Made by a program: the position numbers and the translations under genes. A DNA stretch of 64,000 bases, counting the filler, from an uncultured Methanoregulaceae archaeon (GTDB lineage Archaea > Halobacteriota > Methanomicrobia > Methanomicrobiales > Methanospirillaceae): NCBI GenBank assembly GCA_964530035.1. It is 8 parts of 8 records of this genome, joined end to end, with 100 filler letters (N's around TTAATTAATTAA, not from the genome) between each part and the next. Parts side by side here need not be neighbours in the genome. Positions count along the whole stretch, not along the records: positions 1 to 8,750 come from CAZGXZ010000107.1; positions 8,851 to 17,562 come from CAZGXZ010000108.1; 6 more parts are not named here. One strand, 5' to 3'. Positions 1 through 10,519 of this stretch are shown in pieces. A model generated the notes under the pieces. It did not search any database and was not told the DNA's origin. It worked only from the letters and a program-made list of their open reading frames with translations. The first letter of the stretch is position 1, and every line of letters starts with the position of its first letter.

Positions 1-2
1 TC

Positions 3-344
3 GCCGTCAGGGTCGTCGGGGCGGTTACCAGGGAAAGCATTGCAGTGGTCCGCGAGGCGAATTGGATTGCCGAGCAGGAACTCGTCGAGAGGTACAGGCC
101 CTGGCAGTGTTTTGCAGCCCTTATCGGCCTTGGAACAGGGGTAAAAGGGGACAACCGGGTACACGGGTGGATCGTATCCGTGAGGGCGGTCAATTCCCGG
201 GACGGGATGACCGCCGACCCGTTGGAGATACCGTTCGATGTCCTCGGCAGGATTGCCTCGAGAATAACCTCTGAGATCCCGGAGGTTGCCAGGGTGGTAT
301 ATGACATCACCCCGAAACCGCCGGCTACGATCGAATACGAATAA
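3..344 (+). CDS. guaAB: GMP synthase subunit B, C-terminal part (5'-partial)
   Basis: Frame is open from the window edge; motifs [15 protein letters not shown] and terminal [17 protein letters not shown]. Confidence 0.93.
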   Translation, partial: AVRVVGAVTRESIAVVREANWIAEQELVERYRPWQCFAALIGLGTGVKGDNRVHGWIVSVRAVNSRDGMTADPLEIPFDVLGRIASRITSEIPEVARVVYDITPKPPATIEYE

Positions 345-362
345 TCAGTGCGGAGAAACAAA

Positions 363-1502
363 ATGAACAATAATAATTACCGTGAACTTGATTCCAAGTA
401 TTATATGCCCGCTTTTTCACGGGAGCTGATGATAGCCCGGGGAAAGGGGGCAACCGTGTGGGACTCCGATGGGAATGAATATTTGGACTGTGTTGCAGGC
501 ATCGCCGTGTGCAGCACCGGCCATTGCCACCCAAGGGTCGCTGAAGCGATCTGCCGGCAGGCAAACGAGCTGATCCACTGCTCCAACCTGTACTTCGTAC
601 CCCACCAGGGGGAATGTGCACAAAAGCTTGTTGAAATCACCGGGCTTTCGCGTGCCTTCCTCTCAAACTCGGGTGCCGAGGCAAACGAGGGGGCGATCAA
701 GCTGGCACGGGTTGCCACGGGAAGGAAATCATTTGTCGCCTTCACCCATGGTTTTCACGGGAGGACCATGGGGAGTCTCGCCGTTACCCACAAGCCTGCC
801 ATCAGGGAGCCGTTTCTCCCCCTTGAACCATCGTGTACCTTCATCGAATATGGTGACACTGATGCGATGGTGAAGGCGGTAACGGACCAGACCGCCGGTG
901 TCTTCGTCGAACCCATCCAGGGAGAGGCCGGAGTCATCATCCCTCCACCTGAATTCTTCAGGGCGATCAGGGAGCGGTGCGACGAGACCGGGGCACTCAT
1001 GATCGTCGACGAGGTCCAGACCGGCATGGGGCGTACAGGGACATGGCTTGCCATCCAGCAGACCCGTGTGAAACCTGACATCGTGACCCTTGCAAAAGGG
1101 ATAGCAAGCGGTTTCCCCATGGGAGCGCTTGTCGCCAGGGAGGAGCTTGCCTTTAAAAAGAGTGAACACGGCTCAACATTTGCAGGCGGACCCCTGGCCT
1201 GCGCTGCGGCACTTGCGACGATGGAGGTCATTGAAGAAATCCTTCCGGAAGTCTCCCGTAAAGGAGACCGCTTTGCAGGACTTCTCAGTGAGTACCACCC
1301 ACGCCACGCCGGACTCATGATCGGGTTCACCGTCGGCGATGCATGTACCCGGGTGGCATCGATATGCCAGGAGAACGGGGTGCTGATCAACTGTGCGGCG
1401 GACGGCAATATCCGGCTCGTGCCCCCGCTCGTCATCAGGGACGACGAGATCGACCGCGCTGCCGGGGTTATCAATGGAGCACTTGGTGAGGTCCTGCTAT
1501 AA
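363..1502 (+). CDS. argD: Acetylornithine aminotransferase (class III PLP enzyme)
   Basis: SNSGAEANE, FHGRT, EPIQGEAG, DEVQTGMGRTG and TLAKG motifs; ATG at 363. Confidence 0.92.
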   Translation: MNNNNYRELDSKYYMPAFSRELMIARGKGATVWDSDGNEYLDCVAGIAVCSTGHCHPRVAEAICRQANELIHCSNLYFVPHQGECAQKLVEITGLSRAFLSNSGAEANEGAIKLARVATGRKSFVAFTHGFHGRTMGSLAVTHKPAIREPFLPLEPSCTFIEYGDTDAMVKAVTDQTAGVFVEPIQGEAGVIIPPPEFFRAIRERCDETGALMIVDEVQTGMGRTGTWLAIQQTRVKPDIVTLAKGIASGFPMGALVAREELAFKKSEHGSTFAGGPLACAAALATMEVIEEILPEVSRKGDRFAGLLSEYHPRHAGLMIGFTVGDACTRVASICQENGVLINCAADGNIRLVPPLVIRDDEIDRAAGVINGALGEVLL

Positions 1503-2529
1503 AACGGGCGGATATGTCTATGCGCGTTCGGCATCCGATCTCTCTGCGAAGTATGGTCTCCCGCGTATAGCACGGCTGGCAAGCAATGAGAACCCGAAAC
1601 CCCCCTCTCCCTCTGCCGTTGCACGGGGGAGTGCGGCACTGTCTGAGGCGAACAGGTACCCGGATGAGACGACGCGGGACCTTGTGGACGCACTGAAGGC
1701 GGCATGTGGCGATTACCATTTCGTGACGGGAGTGGGCATGGACGGGGTCATCGAGACCTTCGTGCGGGTCCTCGTCGATCCAGGGGACCGGGTGGTCGTA
1801 TCCTCCCCGACCTTCTCTTTCTATCGCCTCGCGGCACTCGCTCATTCGGCAGATGTCAGGCTATCACCCCGCCGGGAGGACTTTTCCGTCGATCCGGCCT
1901 CCTTTTTACGGGATGCACAGGATGCAAAATGCGCCTTCCTGTGTTCACCCAACAACCCAACCGGCAATGCGACTCCGCCTGACGTCATCGATGAGATCGC
2001 CGGATCAATGCACGGTGTATTGTTCCTCGACAATGCTTACGTGGAGTTCTCTTCGTACGATTACCTCCCGCTCCTGAAAAAACACGAGAACCTTGTCATC
2101 GGGCGGACCTTTTCAAAGGCGTACTCCCTTGCCGGCCTCAGGATTGGATATGCCATGGTCCCTGCCTGGCTCGAACCGTTCTACAACCGTGCGGCAACCC
2201 CCCATACCCTTAACAGGGTTTCATCTGCTGCGGCTGCCGGTGCATTGACCGACACTGACCATCTCAGGGAAACCGTCAGCCATACCCGGAGGTGGCGCCA
2301 GTATATCATGGACACCTGCCGGTACCCCCATATCATATCCGATGCAAACTTCGTCCTTTTCGATGTATCACCGATGACAGGTGAAGAAATGACTGGTTTG
2401 CTTGCTGAGCGCGGAGTCATTGTCCGTTCATGCGCGTCATTCACCGGCATGGCCAATCATTATATCAGGGTAAGCATCGGAGACGCCTGGGAGAATGAAC
2501 TCTTCGTCAGGGAAATAAACGCATTATGA
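1474..2529 (+). CDS. hisC: Histidinol-phosphate aminotransferase
   Basis: LASNENP, NRYPD, CSPNNPTG, DNAY and RTFSKAYSLAGLRIGY; ATG at 1474 overlaps the argD end. Confidence 0.93.
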   Translation: MEHLVRSCYKTGGYVYARSASDLSAKYGLPRIARLASNENPKPPSPSAVARGSAALSEANRYPDETTRDLVDALKAACGDYHFVTGVGMDGVIETFVRVLVDPGDRVVVSSPTFSFYRLAALAHSADVRLSPRREDFSVDPASFLRDAQDAKCAFLCSPNNPTGNATPPDVIDEIAGSMHGVLFLDNAYVEFSSYDYLPLLKKHENLVIGRTFSKAYSLAGLRIGYAMVPAWLEPFYNRAATPHTLNRVSSAAAAGALTDTDHLRETVSHTRRWRQYIMDTCRYPHIISDANFVLFDVSPMTGEEMTGLLAERGVIVRSCASFTGMANHYIRVSIGDAWENELFVREINAL

Positions 2530-3050
2530 TGATCGGTATTACCGGTACGCCCGGCACGGGAAAATCGACCATTGCCGGGATCCTACGGGAAAGGGGAAAC
2601 ACGGTAGTCAGTGCAACTTCCACTACAACCCCCTTCATTACTTCGTATGACCGGGAGCGGGACACCAGGGTCATTGACCTTGACGCCTGGGCTGCGAGCA
2701 TCGAACGGTTTGACGGTTATATTGAGGGTCACCTTGTCCATTTTCTCCCCTGCGACAAGATGGTGGTCCTCCGCTGTAACCCGGAGGCCCTCTGCGGGCG
2801 GTTAAGAAAGAGAGGATATGACGAGAAAAAAATCCTTGAAAACGCTGAAGCAGAAGCCATCGACGTCATCCTTATCGAGGCGCTTGAAGAATGCGGCGAG
2901 GAGCACGTCCTTGAAATTGATACTACTGACAGGTCGCCTGAAGATGTTTCTGACATCATTACAGGATTTTCCAAGGGGACCATTGAAGCCACGTCCGGGG
3001 ATACCGACTGGTCAGACTGGCTCATCTCCGGAAGGAACGGGTGCCCATGA
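2526..3050 (+). CDS. Archaeal adenylate kinase, AK6/Fap7 family
   Basis: Walker A GTPGTGKST, IEGH motif, RLRKRGY...KILEN. Confidence 0.88.
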   Translation: MMIGITGTPGTGKSTIAGILRERGNTVVSATSTTTPFITSYDRERDTRVIDLDAWAASIERFDGYIEGHLVHFLPCDKMVVLRCNPEALCGRLRKRGYDEKKILENAEAEAIDVILIEALEECGEEHVLEIDTTDRSPEDVSDIITGFSKGTIEATSGDTDWSDWLISGRNGCP

Positions 3051-3643
3051 CACTCGACCAGTACCGTTCCCAGGTAATGCCGTTTATCGAGCCGGTCGTC
3101 CGCTTCGTTGCGCGCTGCCGCATCACTCCTGCCATGCTGACGGTTGCCTCCCTGGTCGTTGCCGTGGGAGCGGGCGTGGCGTTCTATTTCAGGCAGGAAC
3201 TCATCGGGGTCATACTGGTTGCCTGCAACGCGGTCTTCGACGCGCTTGACGGCTCCCTTGCCCGGTTGACAGGCACCGCCTCGGCACGCGGGGATTTTCT
3301 CGACCATGTCATTGACCGCTACTCAGATATTTTCATCATAACCGGAATATTCGCAGGAGGATTTGTTTCATGGCAGATAGGGGTATTCGCCCTTACCGGA
3401 ACCCTCATGTCCTCGTATCTCGGCACACAGTCCCAGGCGGTAGGTGTGGGGAGATACTATGGAGGTCTCCTGGGGAGGGCAGACCGGCTGGTCCTTATCA
3501 TGCTGGCGGGAGCGGGTGACATCCTCTTCTCGCTGACACCTGGCGGTCTGCCTCTCATTGCCTGGCTCCTGATCCTGTTCGGCATCTTCGGCCACCTGAC
3601 CGCAGTCCAGAGGTTCTGGTATACCTGGCAGCGGCTCCCCTGA
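3047..3643 (+). CDS. CDP-alcohol phosphatidyltransferase (archaetidylinositol-phosphate synthase-like)
   Basis: Signature DALDGSLAR...GDFLDHVIDR; hydrophobic protein. Confidence 0.88.
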   Translation: MTLDQYRSQVMPFIEPVVRFVARCRITPAMLTVASLVVAVGAGVAFYFRQELIGVILVACNAVFDALDGSLARLTGTASARGDFLDHVIDRYSDIFIITGIFAGGFVSWQIGVFALTGTLMSSYLGTQSQAVGVGRYYGGLLGRADRLVLIMLAGAGDILFSLTPGGLPLIAWLLILFGIFGHLTAVQRFWYTWQRLP

Positions 3644-3663
3644 GTTAAAAAGGGGGCTGCCCT

Positions 3664-4665
3664 TTAAAACCAGGATGAAAGGGTTTTCTGTCCCGTCCCT
3701 GCAACTTCTGCACCCAGGACCTTTCTGACCCGGTCCTCGGAGAATGCATACTCCCCGCAGAGCATCGATATGATCCCGTCAGTATCCGGCTCCTCCCAGT
3801 CGAGGGAGTACTGGTCAGTCACCGGGGGGTGCTCAAAAAAGTCCAGGATGTCCGGAACATCCACATCTGCCATCCGTTCCGATACGATTTCCTCAAACCT
3901 CCCTTCCCGGACCGCTCGTAGTCCCAGCTTCGGGCCGATCCCAGGAACACCGTCGTTGAAATCCGTCCCTACAAGGATCCCGATCCTGATAAGGTCGCTG
4001 CGGGTTATTGAAAGCCCTGAAAAAACCCTGTCGGCAAGTATCCTCTCTGGTGAAACCGTTATTAAGCGGCCATGGAGTTTCCGTTTTCCGCTTATCGTCA
4101 TATTCCGGACCAGCACAGGAGCGCCGAACAGAAGGGTGTCATAGTCCTGGGAAACTGCATATTGTGCAGATCCCTGCATGACCATATGGGCGATCTGGGC
4201 CTCCCCCTCGCTTGGGGCTTCGATAACAGGGATCCCCATCAGTCCAAGAAGCCGTTTTGATGTATCGATAATTTCGGCATCGATCTTTGATGAGGCACGT
4301 GCATGCTTTCCAGCTTCCTGGATATCTCCGCGCTCAAGGGCTTCACGCCACTGTTCGCGGGCGTTTTCCCTGATCACCCTCCGGCCTTCTATCGTCCCTT
4401 CCTTGAATTCCGGAGGCTTCCCGTCGTATACATATACGGGTCGTATCCCTTTCTGGATGAAGTTCATGTTCCGGAACAGGATCCCGGACAGGTGGGAGGT
4501 CACCCTGCCATTCCCGTCCACGAGGGGTGTCCCGTCCGGCTGGCGGATGATTGAGAGAAACTGGTACAGGGTATTGAACGCATCAACCGCAGCAATACCC
4601 CGGAGGTCCTCCCAGCCTGTGACAGTGCGATAATCCCGGAGCAGGTCACGAAGCGGAACTCCCAC
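3664..4665 (-). CDS. fen: Flap endonuclease-1
   Basis: DAFNTLYQFLSIIRQPDG, EAPSEGEAQ, SQDYD, GTDFN and C-terminal PIP box QKTLSSWF. Confidence 0.96.
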   Translation of the reverse strand: MGVPLRDLLRDYRTVTGWEDLRGIAAVDAFNTLYQFLSIIRQPDGTPLVDGNGRVTSHLSGILFRNMNFIQKGIRPVYVYDGKPPEFKEGTIEGRRVIRENAREQWREALERGDIQEAGKHARASSKIDAEIIDTSKRLLGLMGIPVIEAPSEGEAQIAHMVMQGSAQYAVSQDYDTLLFGAPVLVRNMTISGKRKLHGRLITVSPERILADRVFSGLSITRSDLIRIGILVGTDFNDGVPGIGPKLGLRAVREGRFEEIVSERMADVDVPDILDFFEHPPVTDQYSLDWEEPDTDGIISMLCGEYAFSEDRVRKVLGAEVAGTGQKTLSSWF

Positions 4666-4678
4666 GCCGAAAACCTCC

Positions 4679-4993
4679 CTAACGGTATGCCCGTTTTGAG
4701 AACTCGGTGACTACCTCATCAATCCGTGCCATGGTCCGGTCATACCGCTGGGTCATCCTGGTTTCAAAGTCCTCGAGGTTGCCCCTGACCATGCGCTCAC
4801 GGGCCATGAACTGGTTTTCAATCCTCTCAGTCCTGAGTGACAGCGAGAGGATGAGCGCTCCGAGGGCGAACATAAGGACTCCGGCATACACCGCGACAAG
4901 GGGATTCGGAGAAATCTGCTGCATGAGGAGGACGGTTGCTGCAACCATGACGATTATCAGCACCACATTTGCCACAAAGGAACGGAGATTCAT
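4679..4993 (-). CDS. Small membrane protein (2 TM plus coiled coil)
   Basis: Two hydrophobic helices then a charged helix; sits just upstream of fen on the same strand. Confidence 0.7.
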   Translation of the reverse strand: MNLRSFVANVVLIIVMVAATVLLMQQISPNPLVAVYAGVLMFALGALILSLSLRTERIENQFMARERMVRGNLEDFETRMTQRYDRTMARIDEVVTEFSKRAYR

Positions 4994-5050
4994 GCTTTTA
5001 GATAATGGGATTATAATTATTAAGGTAACGACCCTCCCGCCCGGTGTTCC

Positions 5051-5941
5051 ATGTTCCTGAAAGAATACATTCCCCTTGCCGCGATGGCCTTCATGCTCAT
5101 TATCGTGGAAATCCTTGCGCTCGTTTTATCGGTACCGGTACAGACGGCAGGAATCGCCGCTTTTTCCGACCCTGAATCACTCTCCAATCCCGTGATTTTT
5201 TTCGGGATCCTCATCGTGTTCACCGTTGTCATGCTGGTCCTCATCAGACGGGGTTTTAAAAGGATATTTGCTGCACTTATCTGGGTTTCCCTCTTTCTCA
5301 CTTTTTGTTACGTTTTCAGTGCCATCCTCTTCACCCTGGACCTCCCTGAACCGTGGCTGACCGTGGTCCCAGTCCTGCTCGCAACCGTCGGGACCTATGC
5401 ACTGTATGCCTTCCCTGAGTGGTATGTGATCAATACCCTCGGAATACTCCTCGCAGCAGGAGTCGCTGCCATCTTCGGCATCTCACTCGGGATCGTTCCG
5501 GTGCTGGTCCTTCTCAGTATCCTCGCGATATATGACGCAATAGCAGTATACCGGACACGTCACATGATTGCACTCGCTGAGGGCGTGCTTGAATCAAAAA
5601 TGCCCATCCTTTTCGTCATTCCAAAGAAAAGGGGATATTCCTTCATTAAGGAGGGTGTCCGTGATATTTCTTCAGGTGAGGGAGAGAGAACGGCCTATGT
5701 CATGGGGATGGGTGACCTCATCATGCCTGCAATCCTCGTCGTATCGGCAGGGGTATTTCTCCCCGGTTCAGGGAACCTTCCCATCAGCCTCCCGGCTCTC
5801 GGCGCCATGCTCGGCTCCCTTGCAGGTCTTGCGGTACTCATGCATTTCGTCAGGAGGGGGGTTGCGCAGGCAGGGCTCCCTCCTTTAAACGGGGGGGCTA
5901 TCCTCGGTTTTCTGGTCGGGTACGCCCTTACATTTCTCTGA
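5051..5941 (+). CDS. Presenilin-family intramembrane aspartyl protease (PSH)
   Basis: Multi-TM; catalytic YD (IYDAIAVY), GxGD (MGMGDL) and AGLP motifs. Confidence 0.92.
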   Translation: MFLKEYIPLAAMAFMLIIVEILALVLSVPVQTAGIAAFSDPESLSNPVIFFGILIVFTVVMLVLIRRGFKRIFAALIWVSLFLTFCYVFSAILFTLDLPEPWLTVVPVLLATVGTYALYAFPEWYVINTLGILLAAGVAAIFGISLGIVPVLVLLSILAIYDAIAVYRTRHMIALAEGVLESKMPILFVIPKKRGYSFIKEGVRDISSGEGERTAYVMGMGDLIMPAILVVSAGVFLPGSGNLPISLPALGAMLGSLAGLAVLMHFVRRGVAQAGLPPLNGGAILGFLVGYALTFL

Positions 5942-6868
5942 TCCGGGGACGTGGCAGGACAGGACCCTGATAAGTACCTCCTCAACTCCCTCTCCGCTTG
6001 CCGTTGCCATAGACGGGTACTGGTCAAGGGCCAGAATATCGGACTTGTTGGTGACCACCACGAGAGGGACATCTACCAGTCCTTCGACTTCACGTAAAAG
6101 ACGCATCTGGTCCTCCAGGGGGTACCCGCAGTGGGCACTCGGATCGAGGATGAAGAGAATGGCATCGGCTACGTGGAGCATCGCCGAAACCGCCTGTTTT
6201 TCCACGGAATTCCGTTTTTCAGGGGGGCGCTCAAGGATCCCGGGTGTATCGATAAACTGGACCCTGCCCTGAGGAGTCTCCCTGTGGCCGACAATGATCC
6301 CCTTGGTGGTGAACGGGTACGACGCCACTTCAGGCTCGGCGCTTGAAACTCTTCTTATAAAAGAGGACTTCCCGACGTTCGGGAAACCCGCCACGACCAC
6401 GGTGAAATGTTCGCCGACATGGGGCAGCTTTCTAAGAACATTACGGACTTCGTTCAGGAAAAGCAGGTCAGGGCCCACCTGATGGACCACGGATGCAAGA
6501 CGTGCCACCGCCCGTTTCCTGATTATTGTCGGGTCATCCGCCTTTCTTGCCTGGTAGGAAAGCCCCGGACCATGCTCCCTTGCCCATTTTGCGGCCCATC
6601 CAACGGCACCGAGGGATTTGCGTATCCGGTCGATGGAAAAAAGGATATCCGCGATTTCATAGTAGAACCGTGGTACGGTATCAAATTCCGGGAATGAACG
6701 TATCACCTTGATAAGGCGATCATGAACCGCCTGGTGGACGGTGCGCACAAAATCAACATTCGCCCGGTCCTTGTTCCTCTTCTCTTTCATTTTCACCGCG
6801 GCGCGACGGAAACTCCTGTCGAGGATCTCCTCTGCCGTCGGGATTGTTGGTATTTTTTCAAATTCCAC
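5885..6868 (-). CDS. NOG1-family GTPase
   Basis: GFPNVGKSS, YPFTTKG, DTPGIL, NKSD; N-terminus FEKIPTIPTAEE. Confidence 0.92.
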   Translation of the reverse strand: MEFEKIPTIPTAEEILDRSFRRAAVKMKEKRNKDRANVDFVRTVHQAVHDRLIKVIRSFPEFDTVPRFYYEIADILFSIDRIRKSLGAVGWAAKWAREHGPGLSYQARKADDPTIIRKRAVARLASVVHQVGPDLLFLNEVRNVLRKLPHVGEHFTVVVAGFPNVGKSSFIRRVSSAEPEVASYPFTTKGIIVGHRETPQGRVQFIDTPGILERPPEKRNSVEKQAVSAMLHVADAILFILDPSAHCGYPLEDQMRLLREVEGLVDVPLVVVTNKSDILALDQYPSMATASGEGVEEVLIRVLSCHVPGSEKCKGVPDQKTEDSPPV

Positions 6869-6917
6869 GACCGGTTCAACCTAATCTATTTATGCGGGAT
6901 CATGATGATTAATCATT

Positions 6918-7796
6918 ATGGATCTCTCCCTCATACAGAAGGATATCCTTATCACCCTCATCAGCCTCTACCAGAAAAATTCCGCACCAATCAAGGGGGA
7001 AGAGATCGCCGAGGTCATACGCCGCAACCCCGGAACGGTCAGGAACCAGATGCAGGCCTTAAAGGCGATTGGCCTCGTCGACGGGGTCCCGGGCCCGAAA
7101 GGGGGGTACTATCCCACGGCCCTGGCATACAAGGAGCTCAACCTCAATGTCTCGGGAGACAGCTACGAAGTACCGGTGTACCGGGGAGGCGCCGTGCTCG
7201 AGGGCGTGAAGGTCTCCGAGATCGCCTTCACCTCCCTCTGCCACCCCGATGTCTGCCAGGCAATGATAAAAATCCTGGGCTCGGTCAAGGTATTCGAGAC
7301 CGGGGACCTGATAACCATCGGCCCGACCCCGGTCAACAAGCTCATCCTTCGCGGAGAGGTGTTCTGGAAGGATGAACTCGAAATGTCACTCCTCATCTCA
7401 ATCATCGAAATGATCTCGCTCCCGAAAAGTCCGATACGGGAGTACATGACATCGCCGGTGATAACCCTCCTCCCGGATGCACCGATCAGAGAAGCCATAA
7501 GGCTCTTCCATGAACACCGGATCCATGGAGCACCAGTTGTTAAGGACGGGACGCTTCTTGGGATCGTAACCATGAGCGACATCATTGCTGCACTTGACAG
7601 GCGGCAGCCGGCCCACAGCCCGGTCATCTCCATCATGACCGAGGACGTCGTCCAGGCACCACCCCATATCCAGCTGTATGAAGTCATCCGACGGTTCAAG
7701 GAGAGGGAAATAGGGCGGCTGATCGTAATAGAAAACGGTGCTATCGTCGGGATCCTGACCCAGTCCGATATTATCCGGGTTTTCCCTTCGCTCTGA
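6918..7796 (+). CDS. wHTH plus CBS-pair putative transcriptional regulator
   Basis: N-terminal HTH (KGEEIAEVIRRNPGTVRNQM) and two C-terminal CBS repeats. Confidence 0.88.
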   Translation: MDLSLIQKDILITLISLYQKNSAPIKGEEIAEVIRRNPGTVRNQMQALKAIGLVDGVPGPKGGYYPTALAYKELNLNVSGDSYEVPVYRGGAVLEGVKVSEIAFTSLCHPDVCQAMIKILGSVKVFETGDLITIGPTPVNKLILRGEVFWKDELEMSLLISIIEMISLPKSPIREYMTSPVITLLPDAPIREAIRLFHEHRIHGAPVVKDGTLLGIVTMSDIIAALDRRQPAHSPVISIMTEDVVQAPPHIQLYEVIRRFKEREIGRLIVIENGAIVGILTQSDIIRVFPSL

Positions 7797-7918
7797 AACC
7801 GGAGCCCTCCGAACCATTCTTTTATTATGTCCTGACCACCACGTACACGCAGATCTTCTGCAAGGACCATCCAGGGACCAGAATCACGAAAAACCATCAG
7901 GAGAGGGAACTACAACAC

Positions 7919-8128
7919 ATGGGGACCATACCACGAGCCACTGCAGGACGGATATTGAAGCAAGGGGGAGCCCTGCGGGTAAGCGAAGAGGCAAAGGAGC
8001 GGTTTGCTGCCGCTCTTGAAGAGTACGGCATGAAGCTGGCTGTCGAAACACTGAAGATCTCCAGCCATGCAGGACGGAAGACTATCCGCGGAACTGACAT
8101 CGACATGGCCGTGGACCTTATCTCCTAG
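7919..8128 (+). CDS. Archaeal histone (HMf-like)
   Basis: 69 aa; GRILK, RVS and HAGRKTI...DI motifs of the HMfA/B fold. Confidence 0.92.
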   Translation: MGTIPRATAGRILKQGGALRVSEEAKERFAAALEEYGMKLAVETLKISSHAGRKTIRGTDIDMAVDLIS

Positions 8129-8203
8129 GGCCTTTTCAATGCAGAAAAGAGCAGGGCAGGAATCTGGACATGTTTAAATATGAAAATAACCTGATGATTT
8201 TTC

Positions 8204-8455
8204 ATGACTAAAACACTCGCCCGAAGCCTCTCGAGAAAAAAAGTAATGACCAGCGAGGGGAAGATGATCGGGACCCTCAAGAATATCATCGTGGACTTCG
8301 AGAGCGGGGCAGTTGTTGATCTTATCGTCCAGCCTGACCCTTCCTTCGACATCTCGGGTTATCGCATGGACGGTGACAAGCTGTTCATCAGCTTTGAAGC
8401 GGTCAAGGATATCAAGGACTATATCGTGATTGACCGTTACCTGGCAAAAAAATAA
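8204..8455 (+). CDS. PRC-barrel domain protein
   Basis: KKVMTSEGKMIGTLKNIIVDFESG...ISFEAVKDIKDYIVI pattern. Confidence 0.88.
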   Translation: MTKTLARSLSRKKVMTSEGKMIGTLKNIIVDFESGAVVDLIVQPDPSFDISGYRMDGDKLFISFEAVKDIKDYIVIDRYLAKK

Positions 8456-8750
8456 TGCTTGAAATGGTCCACGACATCGATAAATCCGTCACCATACTTT
8501 TTCTCTGAAACATACCCTGCCACTTTCCTGACCACCGGGTGTCCGTTCGCAACGGTTGCACTCATCCCTGCTGCCTGCAGCATCTCGAGATCGTTGAGGG
8601 AATCACCGATAGCCAGAAACAATCCACGGGCGATCCCCAGGTCATTTGAAATCCGTTCAAAAGCCACCTGCTTGGTAATCCCGGGAGGATGGATATGGAT
8701 GGCAAAACCCGTATCCACAACCATTACCGGCATATCGGCAACAACCTCCC
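8437..8750 (-). CDS. HAD-family phosphoglycolate phosphatase (5'-partial)
   Basis: DTGFAIHI, K..A and GDSLNDLEM motifs; cut by the contig end. Confidence 0.82.
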
Positions 8751-8850
8751 NNNNNNNNNNNNNNNNNNNNNNNNNNNNNNNNNNNNNNNNNNNNTTAATT
8801 AATTAANNNNNNNNNNNNNNNNNNNNNNNNNNNNNNNNNNNNNNNNNNNN
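8751..8850. other. Artificial contig linker
   Basis: N run + TTAATTAATTAA + N run, 100 nt. Confidence 0.98.
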
Positions 8851-8852
8851 TC

Positions 8853-10073
8853 GCCTCCCGGTCCGACCTGTACCGGGACATCGCCCGCCGGGAACTGGAC
8901 ACGGCCCTCCAGACCCTCGAGATCCTGGCCGAGGTGTATGTCACGGCGTTCGTGGCCGGCCCCATCGTGGTCATGATCATGATCGTCGCCCAGAACCTCG
9001 GCGGCCAGAACCAGCTCTCGGCCTACCTGCCGATGATCCTGGTCTCCATCCCTGCGGGAGCGGCGGGGATCATCTGGATCCTCCACATGCTCCTCCCGCC
9101 CGACGACCTCTCCATCATCAGGAAGGAGATCCGGGAAAGCGAATACGCCGATGACACCGCCATGAAAACGGCCAGGTCGTTCGCCGACAAAAAGGTCATG
9201 AAGAAGGTCGAGTCCAGGAGGCAGTGGTTCCGGTACCTGAAGGTCATGAAACACCCGGTCCGGGCCTTCACCGCCAACTACCTCTACGGGGCCGTGGCAG
9301 GGACCGCCCTTGGCCTGGTCATATTCCTGCTGTACCTGAACGGCATCACCGGGGTCCTTTTCACCCATTACCCCCTTGAGAGCTCGCTCTGCCTCATAGC
9401 GACCGTTGCCGTGATACCCCTCATGGTCGCCTACGAGATCAGGAGGCACTACGTCAGGGCCATCGAACAGCAGATGCCCGAGCTGCTCCGTGAACTCGTG
9501 AACATGAAGGACATCGGCCTCACCCTCCAGGGGGCGGTCAGCATCATCTCCCGGACCCGGGTGGGTGTCCTCTCGTCCGAGCTGAAAATGGTCACCGAGG
9601 AGGTCGACCGGGGGTCGAACGTCACCACGGCACTCACCCGGATGGAAGAACGCATCGGGCTCGTCTCGGTGAAGAGGGCCATATCCCTTGTCGTCAAGGC
9701 GAGCGAGATAACGGACTACATCCGCGACATCCTGGTCATCGCGGTATCGGACTTCGAACACTACCTGAAGATGAAGTACGCCCGGTTCAACAACGCCTTT
9801 GTCTACGTGATGATCGTCTACCTCTCGTTCGGCGTGTTCCTGTTCACCGTGTACCAGCTGAATGTCGCGTTCGTCGCGAGTTTCAAGTCATTCAACCTCC
9901 CCATGAACACCGCCAGCAACGTCGTCGACATGTACTGGATCGCCATCCTGCTCGGCATCTCCTCGGGCCTCATGGCCGGGAAGCTCTCTTCGAACAGCCT
10001 CTTCTCCGGGTTCAAGCACGTCGTGGTCTTCATGGTGGCGACCATCCTCCTGTTCGAGGTCTGGGTGGTGTGA
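8853..10073 (+). CDS. Type II secretion system F / TadC-FlaJ-like pilus platform membrane protein (5'-partial)
   Basis: Open from the contig edge; multi-TM; IEQQMPELLRELVNMKDIGLTLQGA...G.LSSEL segment; precedes pilins. Confidence 0.88.
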   Translation, partial: ASRSDLYRDIARRELDTALQTLEILAEVYVTAFVAGPIVVMIMIVAQNLGGQNQLSAYLPMILVSIPAGAAGIIWILHMLLPPDDLSIIRKEIRESEYADDTAMKTARSFADKKVMKKVESRRQWFRYLKVMKHPVRAFTANYLYGAVAGTALGLVIFLLYLNGITGVLFTHYPLESSLCLIATVAVIPLMVAYEIRRHYVRAIEQQMPELLRELVNMKDIGLTLQGAVSIISRTRVGVLSSELKMVTEEVDRGSNVTTALTRMEERIGLVSVKRAISLVVKASEITDYIRDILVIAVSDFEHYLKMKYARFNNAFVYVMIVYLSFGVFLFTVYQLNVAFVASFKSFNLPMNTASNVVDMYWIAILLGISSGLMAGKLSSNSLFSGFKHVVVFMVATILLFEVWVV

Positions 10074-10519
10074 GAGCCATGACAGGAAGGCGCGAGCCAG
10101 CGGTGTCAACGGTCGTCGGGGAACTCCTGATGCTCTCCGTCGTGCTCGTCATGGCCGGGGCCCTTGTCGTACAGTCCGGGGCGCTCATGCCTGCCGGCCG
10201 TGCCCCTGTTGTCACTGTCCTCATGAACGCGACGACAGGTGAAGAGGGGAGCGTGACCCTCTGGCACAAGGGAGGGGATTATGTCAGGACCGACCAGCTC
10301 AGCCTGACCATAAACGGCGTGGCATATACTGCAAAAGCTCCCCTGTATCCGAATAATACTCCAAAACTGACCTTTTTCACCGCTGACGGCGGGAAGGCGA
10401 GGACCGTCCTCGACCTCGGAGGGAGGGTCCAGGTGAATGACATTTCCGTACAATTAGGCGACAGCGTCAGGCTCTCGACCCCGGAGACGGTCCTCTTCAC
10501 CGGGACGGTGGGTCCATGA
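10070..10519 (+). CDS. Archaeal type IV pilin
   Basis: Class III signal REPA/VSTVVGELLML; LWHKGGD motif. Confidence 0.85.
   Translation: MRAMTGRREPAVSTVVGELLMLSVVLVMAGALVVQSGALMPAGRAPVVTVLMNATTGEEGSVTLWHKGGDYVRTDQLSLTINGVAYTAKAPLYPNNTPKLTFFTADGGKARTVLDLGGRVQVNDISVQLGDSVRLSTPETVLFTGTVGP

Noticed and set aside
755..1705. Long antisense or alternate-frame ORFs (also 6722-7375, 8799-9761, 52686-53708, 62726-63358)
   Set aside because: They are shadows of well-supported genes in GC-rich DNA and have no recognisable motifs
5885..5941. 57-bp convergent overlap of the PSH and NOG1 genes
   Set aside because: Most simply a non-conserved C-terminal read-on of NOG1; nothing suggests a function
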